A stretch of DNA of 64,000 nt from a virus: the IMG/VR virus record IMGVR_UViG_3300045988_089178; one strand, given 5' to 3'. A program made the position numbers and the translations under genes. The notes under the pieces are model-generated. The model had not been told where the DNA came from, did not search any database, and worked only from the letters and a program-made list of their open reading frames with translations. The stretch's first letter is position 1, and every line of letters starts with the position of its first letter. Positions 39,373 to 49,554 of the stretch are shown piece after piece.

Positions 39373-40589
39373 TACTTTATTTCAACTCCTTTAAATAATG
39401 AACGAAAATAATTGTCCATATCTTGAATTATATAAAAACAAGTTCCTTTAGAAATATGTGCCCTCCAACCTTGATAGGATTTCTAAATTTCATCTGTTGA
39501 AATTTTACCCTCTAGCCATAGCGCTTGCATTTTCTTTAACTTTCTGCGCTAATGAGCCACTTTCTTTTTAAAAGGAATTTGTATTATATGATTAGTGTCT
39601 GTGAGATAAAAGTTCCACTTTAAGTATTTTAATGGAGCGTGACGTTTGCCGTCCGCGTGAATAGGAGAGATTCTAGTAATAGTAGTCTTTTTCTTATTCA
39701 TCTTTAATCCTTGCTTATTTAAGCGAACTTCTATTCTCTTTTCACATTCGGCTAAGTATTGACTGTCATTGTGGAATAAATATAAATCATCCATATAACG
39801 ACCATAATACTTAATATGTAACTCTTCTTTGATGAAGTGGTCAATTTCGTTCAATGCTAGCAATGCGAATAATTGTGATGTTTGACTTCCTAATCCAAGA
39901 CTTTTATTATCATATTCATAGTATTTGCGGCCAGGCTTGAAATTAGTGGTATTAATTCTCGTGTATTTGTGCCGTTTACTAATATAATAATCTTTCCCTG
40001 GTATGGGAGAGGAATCTTTTGTTAGCTTAAAAGAAAATGTATCTATTAAATAACAGCATAGCTGATAAATTCTTTTATCTTTTATCAAACGTTTAGCCGC
40101 TTTCTTTAAAGATTTATGGTCAATAGAATCAAAATATTTTTGAATATCAATTCTTAACCCATAAAAATCTTTTCCTAATCCATATTCTCTATGAGCTTGT
40201 TGAAGGTGTTTCTTTACTCTTTTTAAAGCAAAGTCTATTCCTTTTCCTCTTAAAGTCGCACAATTATCGTAGATAAATCTAGGAGTTAATTCTGGTAATA
40301 AAACTTGTTCACATAACGCATTTTGTACCAGTCTGTCGTTGATATGACACGCTCTTATGTCTCTTGGTTTGCCTCGTTCGATTATCGAAAAACAACTAAA
40401 CACAAGCTATTCGTATTCACACGCTCGCAGATCAGCTTCTGTTTTTAAAATTGTTTCTATCCTATTCTCTTCAAAATTAATTGTACTATCTTTCCATCGA
40501 ACGTTTCGACATACCTTATAAGACGCATCATACATAGCGTCAAAACTACAAAAACGCTCGAAAGCAGTATCTTGGTTTATTTCAGACAT
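39372..40589 (-). CDS. diversity-generating retroelement reverse transcriptase. Contains an internal TAG (40407-40409) and a TAG at 39549-39551 that, if read through, extends the protein 58 aa to TAA 39372-39374
   Basis: RT motifs: KPRDIRACHINDRLVQNAL (motif 1), FIYDNCATLRGKGIDFAL (motif 2), GSQTSQLFALLALNEIDHF (motif B), YGRYMDDLYLF (motif C, YxDD). Track ORFs 40407-40589 and 39549-40403 share a frame and are split only by TAG. SD AAGGAG before ATG 40589. Immediately downstream of the TR. Confidence 0.85.
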
Positions 40590-40895
40590 ACTTTCTCCTT
40601 ATCATGTAGCTATAGTGGTAGCTACTCGAGCTCCACGTCTACAGTCTTACTTTATCCACTTTTTCAGTGAAATGGTTAAGTTCTCCTTAGATGAAAAGGC
40701 AGATCTACCTATAGTATATTATTCGATAGTTGTAGAGCAAAGCTCTTTAACGGTCTCTCAATCTCTTCCCCACATAGTGGGTGCAATCCAGAGTAAACCT
40801 TAATTAGATGGATAATAATATACTCCGGGGTACTATTTAGGCGTTGCTCGTTTGCGCTGCTCCGCAGCTTAACTCGCAACATGATAGCTCCATCT

Positions 40896-40998
40896 AAGCC
40901 GGCGCCAGCCCGTTGCTGTTGTTGTAGTTGTTGTTGTTCGCAGATCCATCGTTGTTGACATTGCAAACGTTGTTCGAGTTGTTGTAGTTACGGGACCG
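40896..40998 (-). repeat. DGR template repeat (TR), about 103 bp, AAC-rich on the - (sense) strand; non-coding
   Basis: Matches 41619-41721 at 88-90 of about 101-103 positions; every mismatch sits where the TR has A on the - strand. In the VR reading frame it reads RSRNYNNSNNVCNVNNDGSANNNNYNNSNGLAP (13 AAC codons); lies between avd and RT. Confidence 0.85.
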
Positions 40999-41028
40999 AA
41001 AGATACAGAACTTAACCGCAGAAAAATA

Positions 41029-41523
41029 TTATCGACCTCTCCTATGGGTTTTAGGAGCCGAATATCTATGCTCGACTATAAGTTTATCTCTATTTTTTCT
41101 ATCTTGGATTGATTCTTTTACTTTCTTAGTCAATCTAGCTAGATGTTCAAAAGATCTTCTTTTCTTTTTGCTGTTTTGAGCATACTAATAAATACATAGG
41201 TCGATTTGTCGAAATATACTATCACAATATTCAATCGCTTTATTGTGATATTCATTTCTTTTTGTAAGGGTTTCTTTATCTTTTAAGTTTATCTTACACG
41301 CCTCATAGCAGCAAGCATGTATACCCTTTCCGCATTTAATTATATCGTACCCGAACGCTTGAAGAGGTTGACCCTCTCCAAGCAGTCCAGGTTTGCAGAT
41401 TTGTTTTCCATCCTTATCAAATTCTCTAGGACGAGTTAAGACTAAAATGTAGCCAACCAATTCACGGGCTTTATAAAGACAGTCTTGTTTTGATAGGTGT
41501 CTATCCTTTACTTTTACAGACAT
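41029..41523 (-). CDS. avd: DGR accessory variability determinant (Avd-like small basic helical protein). 112 aa to TAG 41185-41187, or 164 aa if TAG is read through to TAA 41029-41031
   Basis: Small basic ORF (track 41185-41523) located between target-VR and TR exactly as in canonical DGRs. The extension ends 31 nt before the TR. Confidence 0.6.
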
Positions 41524-41604
41524 TTAAAATTTCCCTCACTTGAATATATAATTTTTTTATTGGACAATTTAACCTTAACTGTCCCGAATTGTTATTTTGC
41601 TGTA

Positions 41605-43362
41605 TTATCCAATGACGAAAGCCGGCGCCAGCCCGTGGCTGTTGTAGTAGTAGATGTTGTTCGCAGACCCATCGCTGTAGACAAAGCAAACGTAGACCGA
41701 GTTGTTGTAGTAACGGGACCGTTCCCAATACCACATCGTTGAACTCGTCAACGAACCATTGGCGTTCATCTGGTATTTAACTCTAGTAGAGTTACTTGTA
41801 TAGTAACTATAGGCCGTCTAACTTCCTCCAACAGTCCACTCCTAATAAGAACTAGCATAGCCGCTAGAGCTAGTAAATCCCATCTCACATTCAGAAGGTA
41901 GCCAACATTTTGCAGTTGTTTGAACATCCGCAGTATTATTCTAATTACCATTACTAGCAGAACTTGTCTTCTTAGTAACAGATTTAATAGAAGCGGTTGC
42001 GCTACATCTATTACCAAAGTCATTGCATAAGGATTGAGCGGTTGAACCATTCCATAACGCGTTACTACCAAATGTTGTAGTATTAGGTAAAGTTCCCGCA
42101 GTCTGGAAAGTTAATGTTCCAGTTCCGTCCTAATCAGCGCCAATACAAATCATTGTAGCGGCGTTGGCGCCAAGTACCGCACTAGAAAGACTTACAAGTT
42201 TCTTTTTACCTACACATTTCTTTCTTTCACTGGAAGAAGCCTTAGCTGCCCAAGTCTTTAATCCAGCCCACCACTTAGTATCACCAGTAGCAGTTTCAGA
42301 ACCCCACTCCCAATAGCTTGCTGTTACAGTAACAGTTTTGTTACCTGGAGCAGTATGGTTAGTTCCAGCCGCGACTTTAATAGTAATCGTGGTAGAAGAA
42401 ATAGCCGTACTGCCATCACCTTTAATAGTAAGAATATTACCACTTAAAGAGAGGGTAAGACCGGTAACACTAGTTGGAGTATAGCTAATAGCTCCATCTC
42501 CCGCGCGAGTAATAGTAACTTTAACGCCAGCATTATAATTATCTCCATCAAGAGCAACAGAAGTTGGATTTACAGTTAAACTACCCGCGGCTTTATTAAT
42601 AATCCAGTTTACATCAAAGTTATCGGTTGTCTTATCAGCCCATCTATAATTGCTCTTTAGAGTAAATGTAGCTGTATAAGTTCCTGCATTAGTAGCGGAA
42701 GTAGTTCCGCCAATCGTCATATAAGTGGTATTGAAATTATTCCAATAAGAAGTTCCACTTACTGATTGACTATTACCTGTATAGGTAAGATTACTTTTCC
42801 AGGTTGGTTTAGCGACAGATTTACGCTCAACAGTTACCGTAAATTTCGCAGATTGAGTTACTTCATTCTCTGTATAAGAAACAGTAATTTGCTAGCTGCC
42901 AACTGTAGTTAAGGATGTTGGTGAGCACGTATAACCTGTAACAGCCGCGCTTTTACTATCAGAGTAACTTGCTGTAACTACCATTCCTGTTGTTTGAAGA
43001 GTGTCGCCATATTCATAGGTCATCTTAGTTGGATTAGTAATAATCTAAATACTAAGAAGTTTATGAATAACAGTTACCTTCTAGGTAGTTTGACAAGTTT
43101 CACCGAGTTCTGAATAAGTAATAGTTACTTCAGTAACTCCATCTGTTAAAGGACTGGGAGTAACTTGATATCCAGTTACTTCTGCTGTTGTTACAATAAC
43201 GCCATCCACGCCGTAAGATGCGGTAACTACCATTCCAGCAGGATTAAATGTGTCACCAGCAAGATAGCTTGTTTTATTAGGGGGAGTGGTTACTTCAATT
43301 TTTACAAGAGAAAGAGAGCCTCCACCTTTTCCACCCTACTCAGCTAAAATACATTTAGGCAA
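41605..43362 (-). CDS. DGR target protein, about 585 aa. N-terminal tandem bacterial Ig-like repeats (xTYxYGDTLxTTGMVVTASY), C-terminal C-type-lectin/FGE-like fold (CWLPSECE motif) ending in the VR; 8 in-frame TAG
   Basis: SD AAGGAGG plus TTG 43362. Single frame open to TAA 41605-41607 when TAG is sense; track ORF 42130-42720 is an internal fragment in the same frame as the VR. Confidence 0.7.
41619..41721 (-). repeat. DGR variable repeat (VR) at the 3' end of the target gene
   Basis: Near-identical to the TR except at 13 (14 counting the boundary) positions, all corresponding to TR adenines (sense strand). Encodes RSRYYNNSVYVCFVYSDGSANNIYYYNSHGLAPAF, 14 codons before the target stop. Shared GC-rich 3' end CGGGCTGGCGCCGGC (IMH-like). 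Confidence 0.85.
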
Positions 43363-43482
43363 ATTGTTTACCTCCTTCTATCTAGCTATTGCTATAAACA
43401 AATCTAAATTACTAGATAGAAGGTCGAGGATGGAAGCGATCTTCGCTCCAGTCTTTTAGAAAGTCATTAACAATTTCCGAGA

Positions 43483-43498
43483 AAAAGTACACTTTTTA
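43483..43498. promoter_or_regulatory. 14-16 bp motif AAAAAGTACACTTTTT in the divergent intergenic region; its reverse complement recurs at 43643-43657
   Basis: Inverted pair about 145 bp apart between the DGR target start (43362, -) and the tail fibre start (43688, +). Confidence 0.35.
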
Positions 43499-43687
43499 AC
43501 AGGAAAAATACTTCTTCTGTCTAGATAATAAAAAATTGGGAAAAGGGTAAGAAACCCTTTTCCCAAAAGTGAGTATCTTACTCTTTTCAAATATATATGA
43601 AAGAAAGAGTAGATAAATTATATATAGTTGACCAAGTTCAGTAAAGTGTACTTTTTTAAAGATTTTAGATGAAAGGAGAAAATATCT

Positions 43688-44326
43688 ATGGAATGTATTT
43701 TAACTGGATAGGTTAAAAATCAAAATGCTATTACCGTACCAGGCGGCGGTAGCGCAGAAATGGGAGAAACATTAGGGTTAGGGCCTTATACTATTGAATT
43801 TGATGAAGAAGATAATGAAAATCTTACTGCATCATCAATAGAATATAATAATGAAGCTTCAAGTATGAAAGCCACTAATGTTCAATCAGCTATTGATGAG
43901 CTTTTTACCGATGTCAGTGAGGGCAAAACCCTAATAGCGACCGCAGTCACTGACAAGGGAGTAGAAACTGCGGCAACCGATAGTTTTTCAACTATGGCAG
44001 ATAAGATAGGATAGATTACAACAGAAACCCCTATAGAAACAGTAGATGTTATATTCGAGTCATTGAGAGGTATAAGTGGAGGTACAGTGATAATAGAATA
44101 TGAAAATGCACCAATGTCAGTATGGGTAATGCAGAAAAATAATTATAAAGTAATAAAAAATAGCATTTTAACTATAAATGCCGGTTCTTCTTCAGGGCTC
44201 AAAATTACTCCCCAGTCTGCATATGAAAGTTTGGGGGCTATATTAATAAATAATAATTATCAAGTTATAGCATATAAAATTATTGGTCCCGCTACAATTA
44301 CTTCTACTGGAGGTAATATTGATTAA
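43688..44326 (+). CDS. tail fibre / receptor-binding protein (motif SMKATNVQSAIDEL), 2 in-frame TAG
   Basis: SD AAAGGAGAAAA plus ATG 43688; track ORFs 43760-44014 and 44063-44326 are in the same frame. Confidence 0.5.
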
Positions 44327-44348
44327 ATTTAGGAGGTAGTATTATACT

Positions 44349-44723
44349 ATGATAAAAGTAAATGGGAAAAAGGTTGCTGGAATAGGGTAGCCTGGATTAA
44401 ACGGCAAATCTGCTTATGAAACAGCTAAAGAAGGAGGGTTTACTGGAACTGAAAAGGAGTTCAATACTATATTAGCAAATTCTGCACTTAAACCTATTAT
44501 TAAATTGATAACTCTATATTCATCAGCTTGGTCTAATAATACTCAAACAGTAAATATAATTGGAGTATTGAGCGATGAGGGCAAATAGATAATTTGTCCA
44601 ACTCCAACAATAAAAGATATAGATATATATAATAATTCAGGCATTTAGTGTATAAATCAACAAGAAAATAGTTTAACTTTTAAAGCCCAAAAAATTCCAG
44701 AAAATGATATATAGATATATATA
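44349..44723 (+). CDS. tail-fibre-associated protein with collagen-like/GxPGLNGKSAYE motif, 3 in-frame TAG
   Basis: SD AGGAGG plus ATG 44349; open to TAA 44721-44723. Confidence 0.4.
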
Positions 44724-44743
44724 ATTTTGTAGGAGGTGCGAAC

Positions 44744-44992
44744 ATGATTATTAACCAAACTTTTCAGACGGAAAAGTATTCAATAATAGATAAAACAAGC
44801 CTTCAATATGGCTATCCAGTAAGAGCAACCCCTGGGGAAATTGTTTACAGCAGTCCTATGAGTGCAGGAATATCAGATAATGTATATTTAATAAAAGATG
44901 GAAGCTCTATTGATAATGTTTATTCAGATGGTAGATATAAATTTATAATGCCAGAAGGTGATGTTTTGATTGCTAGAGATTATCCTTGGTAA
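44744..44992 (+). CDS. hypothetical protein, no TAG
   Basis: Intact 82-aa track ORF with SD GGAGGTG. Confidence 0.5.
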   Translation: MIINQTFQTEKYSIIDKTSLQYGYPVRATPGEIVYSSPMSAGISDNVYLIKDGSSIDNVYSDGRYKFIMPEGDVLIARDYPW

Positions 44993-45026
44993 TCTTATAT
45001 ATATTATATAATAAAATTTTATATAA

Positions 45027-45734
<708 letters not shown>

Positions 45735-45785
45735 AGTTAAATTATCTTCCTATTGTTTTATATATAATATAAAGGAGGAATTAAT

Positions 45786-46175
45786 ATGCCTGAAATTGTT
45801 ATTCAAATATTCTAGCTTTGTATTCTTCCTCTGCTTGGTATTTTAACAAAATATCTCATAGATTTCCTCTCTGCTAAACGAGATGAGTTAAATTCTAAGA
45901 CAGAGAATGAAACAGCTTAGAAATACACCACTATGATATTTGATACTATTACTAAATGTGTAATAGCTACAAATCAGACTTATGTTAATAGCTTAAAAGA
46001 ACAAGGTGCTTTTGATGCTGAGGCTCAAAAAATTGCATTTGATAAGACTATGGAATCTGTATTAGAGATCTTATCATCTGATGCAAAACAATATATTATT
46101 GAGACAACTGGCGACTTAAATACTTACCTAACTAATCTCATTGAAGCCGCGGTTAATGAAAATAGAGCATCATGA
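45786..46175 (+). CDS. putative holin (LL-H-like: single N-terminal TM then amphipathic helices), 2 in-frame TAG
   Basis: SD AAAGGAGG plus ATG 45786; track ORF 45933-46175 is the in-frame C-terminal fragment. Confidence 0.4.
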
Positions 46176-46204
46176 TATAATGGGGTTACTATGCCCCATT
46201 ATAT

Positions 46205-46270
46205 TTTTATACTAAAATTGGCAAAAATTTTGGCAAAATAGTAAAATTATCTTTGCCAAAATTTTATATA
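46205..46270. promoter_or_regulatory. second cluster of TTGGCAAAA / TTGCCAAAATTTT motifs downstream of the holin-like gene
   Basis: TTGGCAAAAATTTTGGCAAAAT at 46217-46238 and TTGCCAAAATTTT at 46253-46265; related to the 45040-45100 cluster in direct and inverted orientation. Confidence 0.4.
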
Positions 46271-46311
46271 ATAATGAAAGGCCAAGGGAATATTTTAAAG
46301 GAGGTAAAACT

Positions 46312-46737
46312 ATGGCAGTTAATTATCCATACTATATACCACAACAATAGCAACCTTAGTATGCGGCAATCCCTTATGCTCCGCAACAAAGAATGCCCTA
46401 TGTGGAATAGCCCTAGATTGGAATTAAAGGTCGCCCAGTTTCTTCAATAGAAGAAGTAAAGGCAACTAGCATTGACTTTGATGGTTCTGTATTTTTCTTT
46501 CCTGATTTAGCTAATAAAAAAATATATACAAAATAGATAAATTTAGATGGAACTTCAACACTTAATGTTTATGAATTAAAAAATATTCCGATTGAAACAG
46601 TTGTCAATCCTTCTTAGTTTGTTACTAGAGAAGAATTTGAAACCGTACTTGCTCAATTAAAAGAAAAAATTGCGCCATAGGCAAATAAATAGCCTACAGC
46701 GCAATAGCAGGAATCAAAGCCAAAATTAGATTTTTAA
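46312..46737 (+). CDS. hypothetical protein, about 11 in-frame TAG
   Basis: SD AAAGGAGG plus ATG 46312; stop TAA 46735-46737. Confidence 0.35.
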
Positions 46738-46749
46738 GGAGCCGATAAA

Positions 46750-46983
46750 ATGAATCCAATGTAGTTAATTCAAATGATTAGGAATGGATAGAATCCTCAA
46801 TAGCTAACTCTAAATATATTAGAAAGTTAGATGGGGAATAATCCGTTTGGAGCTAATTTGTTAGATCTTGCCAAATAGAATAAAACCGAAGAGATTGAAC
46901 AAATAGCTAGAAATCTTTTATCCCAAAGAGGATTAAATTATGACAAGGAGTTTGCTGACTTTAAGAAAATGCTCGGCCTTTAA
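46750..46983 (+). CDS. small hypothetical protein, 5 in-frame TAG
   Basis: SD AAGGAG plus ATG 46750; stop TAA 46981-46983. Confidence 0.35.
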
Positions 46984-47008
46984 TAATTTTCTTAAAGGAG
47001 GAACTTAA

Positions 47009-47446
47009 ATGTTCAATTCTAACAATGGATACTCTTTAGCTGATATTGCTGCTGCTACAGGTGGCAATGATCGTAACAATGGCGGAATTTGGAACGACGG
47101 AGGAGCTTGGTGGATTATAATTCTATTCTTATTCTGCTTCTCTGGATGGGGAAATGGATTTGGCGGTTTTGGTGGATATGGAGCCAACAGTAATGGTCTG
47201 GGTTCTCCTTCTGGTCAAGGTTGGGCAACTCGCGCAGACATTAATGAAGGTTTTGCTTTCCAAAATCTACAGTCTGGAATTAATTCTATCCAGTAGGGAA
47301 TCTGTGATAGCACATATGCTTTAAATAATGCTTTAACAAATGGTTTCCATGGAGTAGACAACGCAGTATGCAATCTTGGATATCAGACACAGCAAGGTTT
47401 CAATAGCACTTATATTATAATGAGAAAGAATTTCCAATGGATTTAA
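47009..47446 (+). CDS. Gly-rich membrane protein (one TM), 1 in-frame TAG
   Basis: SD AAAGGAGG plus ATG 47009; track ORF 47009-47296 continues to TAA 47444-47446. Confidence 0.4.
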
Positions 47447-47673
47447 GAGATTCTCGCGAAGGTCGTAGTCCTATGATGCGTCGGATGTATATGGAATCAA
47501 AAGAGCTTCATAAAGATAAAGAAATAAAGATGAAAGAATTAGATAAATACATGAAAGAATTAAGCGAAGATTTAGTTGAAATGATTGATGACGCAAGCCC
47601 AGAAGAAAGATAGTTATTAGAAAAGAAAATTTCTGCTCTTGCTACAAAAATATCTTCTTTAAACCATGTTTAA
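47437..47673 (+). CDS. small hypothetical coiled-coil protein, 1 in-frame TAG
   Basis: ATG 47437 overlapping the upstream gene end; stop TAA 47671-47673. Confidence 0.4.
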
Positions 47674-47992
47674 TATTAATGGAGAAGGATGGAAATTATT
47701 TTTAACTTCTCCAATTCATCCTATGTTAATTAGAAGCGATGGACAATTAACGATAGGAGCTTGTGATAATGAAACTAAAGGTATTTATATTAATGGAGAA
47801 TTATCTCCATTAATGATGAAAAAAGTTTTATGTCATGAGTTAACGCACGCTGCAATGTTTAGTTATGGAATAGAATTGTCTATCGAACAAGAAGAATTAC
47901 TAGCTGATTTAATTGCTACATATGGCTAGGAAATAATAAATATGACTAATTCTATTTTTAATCGCTTAAAGAAGGATGGGGAACTCAAGTGA
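47666..47992 (+). CDS. HExxH zinc-metallopeptidase-like protein (ImmA/IrrE-like motif CHELTHAAM), 1 in-frame TAG
   Basis: Track ORF 47666-47929 continues to TGA 47990-47992. Confidence 0.4.
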
Positions 47993-48008
47993 GTTCCCCA
48001 TTTTTTTT
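47978..48008. terminator. bidirectional rho-independent terminator between convergent operons
   Basis: Stem GGGGAACTC/GAGTTCCCC, loop AAGT, then T8; overlaps the stops of both the + gene (47990-47992) and the - gene (48007-48009). Confidence 0.75.
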
Positions 48009-48438
48009 ATTCTGATCTAATTTCTAATTCCATGGTTTTCTCATAATATTCTTTAGCTTGTCCATTACCACCTAAAGAATGATATAGTTTGTAAAATTCT
48101 GTTAGTTGATCATACTAATCTTGAGTCATATATCCTTGCTTTATATATATTTTACATAGCTAAACAAGTCTGAATCTATATGAAGCTATAATTAATGTTA
48201 AATCTTGTCTTTCTTTATCTTCTATTTTCCGTATATATGTTCTTAATTCTTCAATATCTTCTACTATTGGTTTTAATTTTTCGTCAATAAGTTCTACTAT
48301 ATCATTATTTTCTTTTTCCTATAACATTTTTTTATATGCCATTAACTATTTATATAAGTATCTACAAAAAGCCAACGCTCCGGCGGAAATTAGACCAAAA
48401 AGAATTTCTACTATATGTTCTGTAATAAAAGCAAACAT
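48007..48438 (-). CDS. membrane protein (single N-terminal TM), 5 in-frame TAG
   Basis: SD AAAGGAGG plus ATG 48438; open to TAA 48007-48009 only with TAG as sense; no ORF in the track. Confidence 0.4.
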
Positions 48439-48439
48439 A

Positions 48440-48497
48440 AAATCCTCCTTTCTTAACTTCTCAAATTATTTTAAAGTTAAGAAAGGAGGATTTTTTT
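48440..48497 (-). terminator. 20-bp stem hairpin between RuvC-like gene and the next gene; sequesters the downstream SD; T-run on both sides
   Basis: AAATCCTCCTTTCTTAACTT ... AAGTTAAGAAAGGAGGATTT followed by TTTTTTT. Confidence 0.5.
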
Positions 48498-48510
48498 ATT
48501 TAGACCAATA

Positions 48511-48990
48511 TTACCAAGCGCATTGATGCTATTTAATATGCGCAAGGCCGATACAAACAGCGTCACTTTCATCCTGTGTGGGTTTTTCCCCATAATTATA
48601 AAAAACATAATTCTGAGCATTTTTTTTCTACTCTGGTCGAGTTTTTCCTTTTATACCCAATAAAGATTTCCATGTTACTGCTAAAATAGAAGAATGGGGA
48701 ATTTTTTCTTGTTCTAGTAATTCAGAAACTACCCCATATACTTCTGCTAAAATCTTAAAAGTCTAAACATTATTAGAAATATTATTCTACTACTATATAT
48801 CTTCAAAAACTACTTCATCTATATGATACTATTCAATAAGATCTTTAATCTTCTATCTTATTTTTACTAATCTAGTATCTATATTATTATCTTCAACAGC
48901 AAATTTACCAAAAGTTTTTAACTTATTATCTTCAAAGACCGCATATCCGGTAATCTTCGAACTCTAATCGAGTGATAATAGATTACTCAT
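48511..48990 (-). CDS. ruvC: RuvC-like Holliday-junction resolvase, 8 in-frame TAG in 159 codons
   Basis: ATG 48990 forms an ATGA overlap with the dut stop. N-terminal LSLDQSSKITGYAVFE (RuvC motif I region) and C-terminal PTQDESDAVCIGLAH; no ORF in the standard-code track. Confidence 0.6.
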
Positions 48991-49553
48991 TTAGATGTGC
49001 TTCCGAATCCACCGAGTCTTTCTCCAGTTGCATTATCGTCATCAGTAATTTGATAACTCTTAATAATTCCTTGTCCAATTTTATCTCCACGCTTTAACTG
49101 AATAGCAAAAGGAGATAAATTAACAAGCTGGAAAAAGATCTCTCCTTCATTATCTGGATTATCACAATAATCGGCATCAATAATACCAACGCTATTTCCG
49201 CAAATAATCCAATGTTTAAGAGGAGTAGAACTGCGAACACTTAATTCAAGATATTGACCAGGATTTAAATGACATTTCATTCCTGTTGATACAAGAGTAA
49301 TCTTAGACTTTAATTCTTTAGTAAGATTGGCCATATCATCAAGAGTAAAAGGGCTCACAAATCCATAAAAATCCTTGTCACTATCTTTTTCAAAAATATG
49401 GTCTTGAATTTTAGAAGTTAAAAAATTCATTGGAGGTAGAACTGTATCTTCTGCGACTACGAAATCATAACCTGCGGAATTGGCGGTCGCGCGGGTTGGA
49501 ATAGGTAGATCAATGTCATTAAAGCGACTCACTTTCTCAAAATATACACCCAT
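48987..49553 (-). CDS. dut: dUTP diphosphatase, no TAG
   Basis: Track ORF 48987-49646 with internal SD GGAGG plus ATG at 49553; motifs ANSAGYDF, GIIDADYCDNPDNEGEI; stop TGA. Confidence 0.7.
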   Translation of the reverse strand: MGVYFEKVSRFNDIDLPIPTRATANSAGYDFVVAEDTVLPPMNFLTSKIQDHIFEKDSDKDFYGFVSPFTLDDMANLTKELKSKITLVSTGMKCHLNPGQYLELSVRSSTPLKHWIICGNSVGIIDADYCDNPDNEGEIFFQLVNLSPFAIQLKRGDKIGQGIIKSYQITDDDNATGERLGGFGSTSK

Positions 49554-49554
49554 A

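Noticed and set aside
40615-40966. Track ORFs 40615-40803 (+) and 40709-40966 (-) overlapping the repeat at 40896-40998
   Set aside because: They overlap the DGR template repeat, which functions as an RNA template. Their amino-acid sequences are low-complexity (Q/L-rich) by-products of the AAC-rich repeat.
41497-41742. Track ORFs 41497-41742 (+) and 41501-41734 (-) over the VR
   Set aside because: They are in the wrong frame relative to the long target gene, which reads through this region in the frame that yields AAC codons in the TR. They are artefacts of the repeat.
43688-45000. Mu-like invertible G segment with inverted alternative tail-fibre C-termini
   Set aside because: I found no inverted fibre-coding fragments and no TTGCCAA-type sites inside or between the fibre genes. 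The repeat clusters bracket the recombinase and holin rather than the fibre genes.
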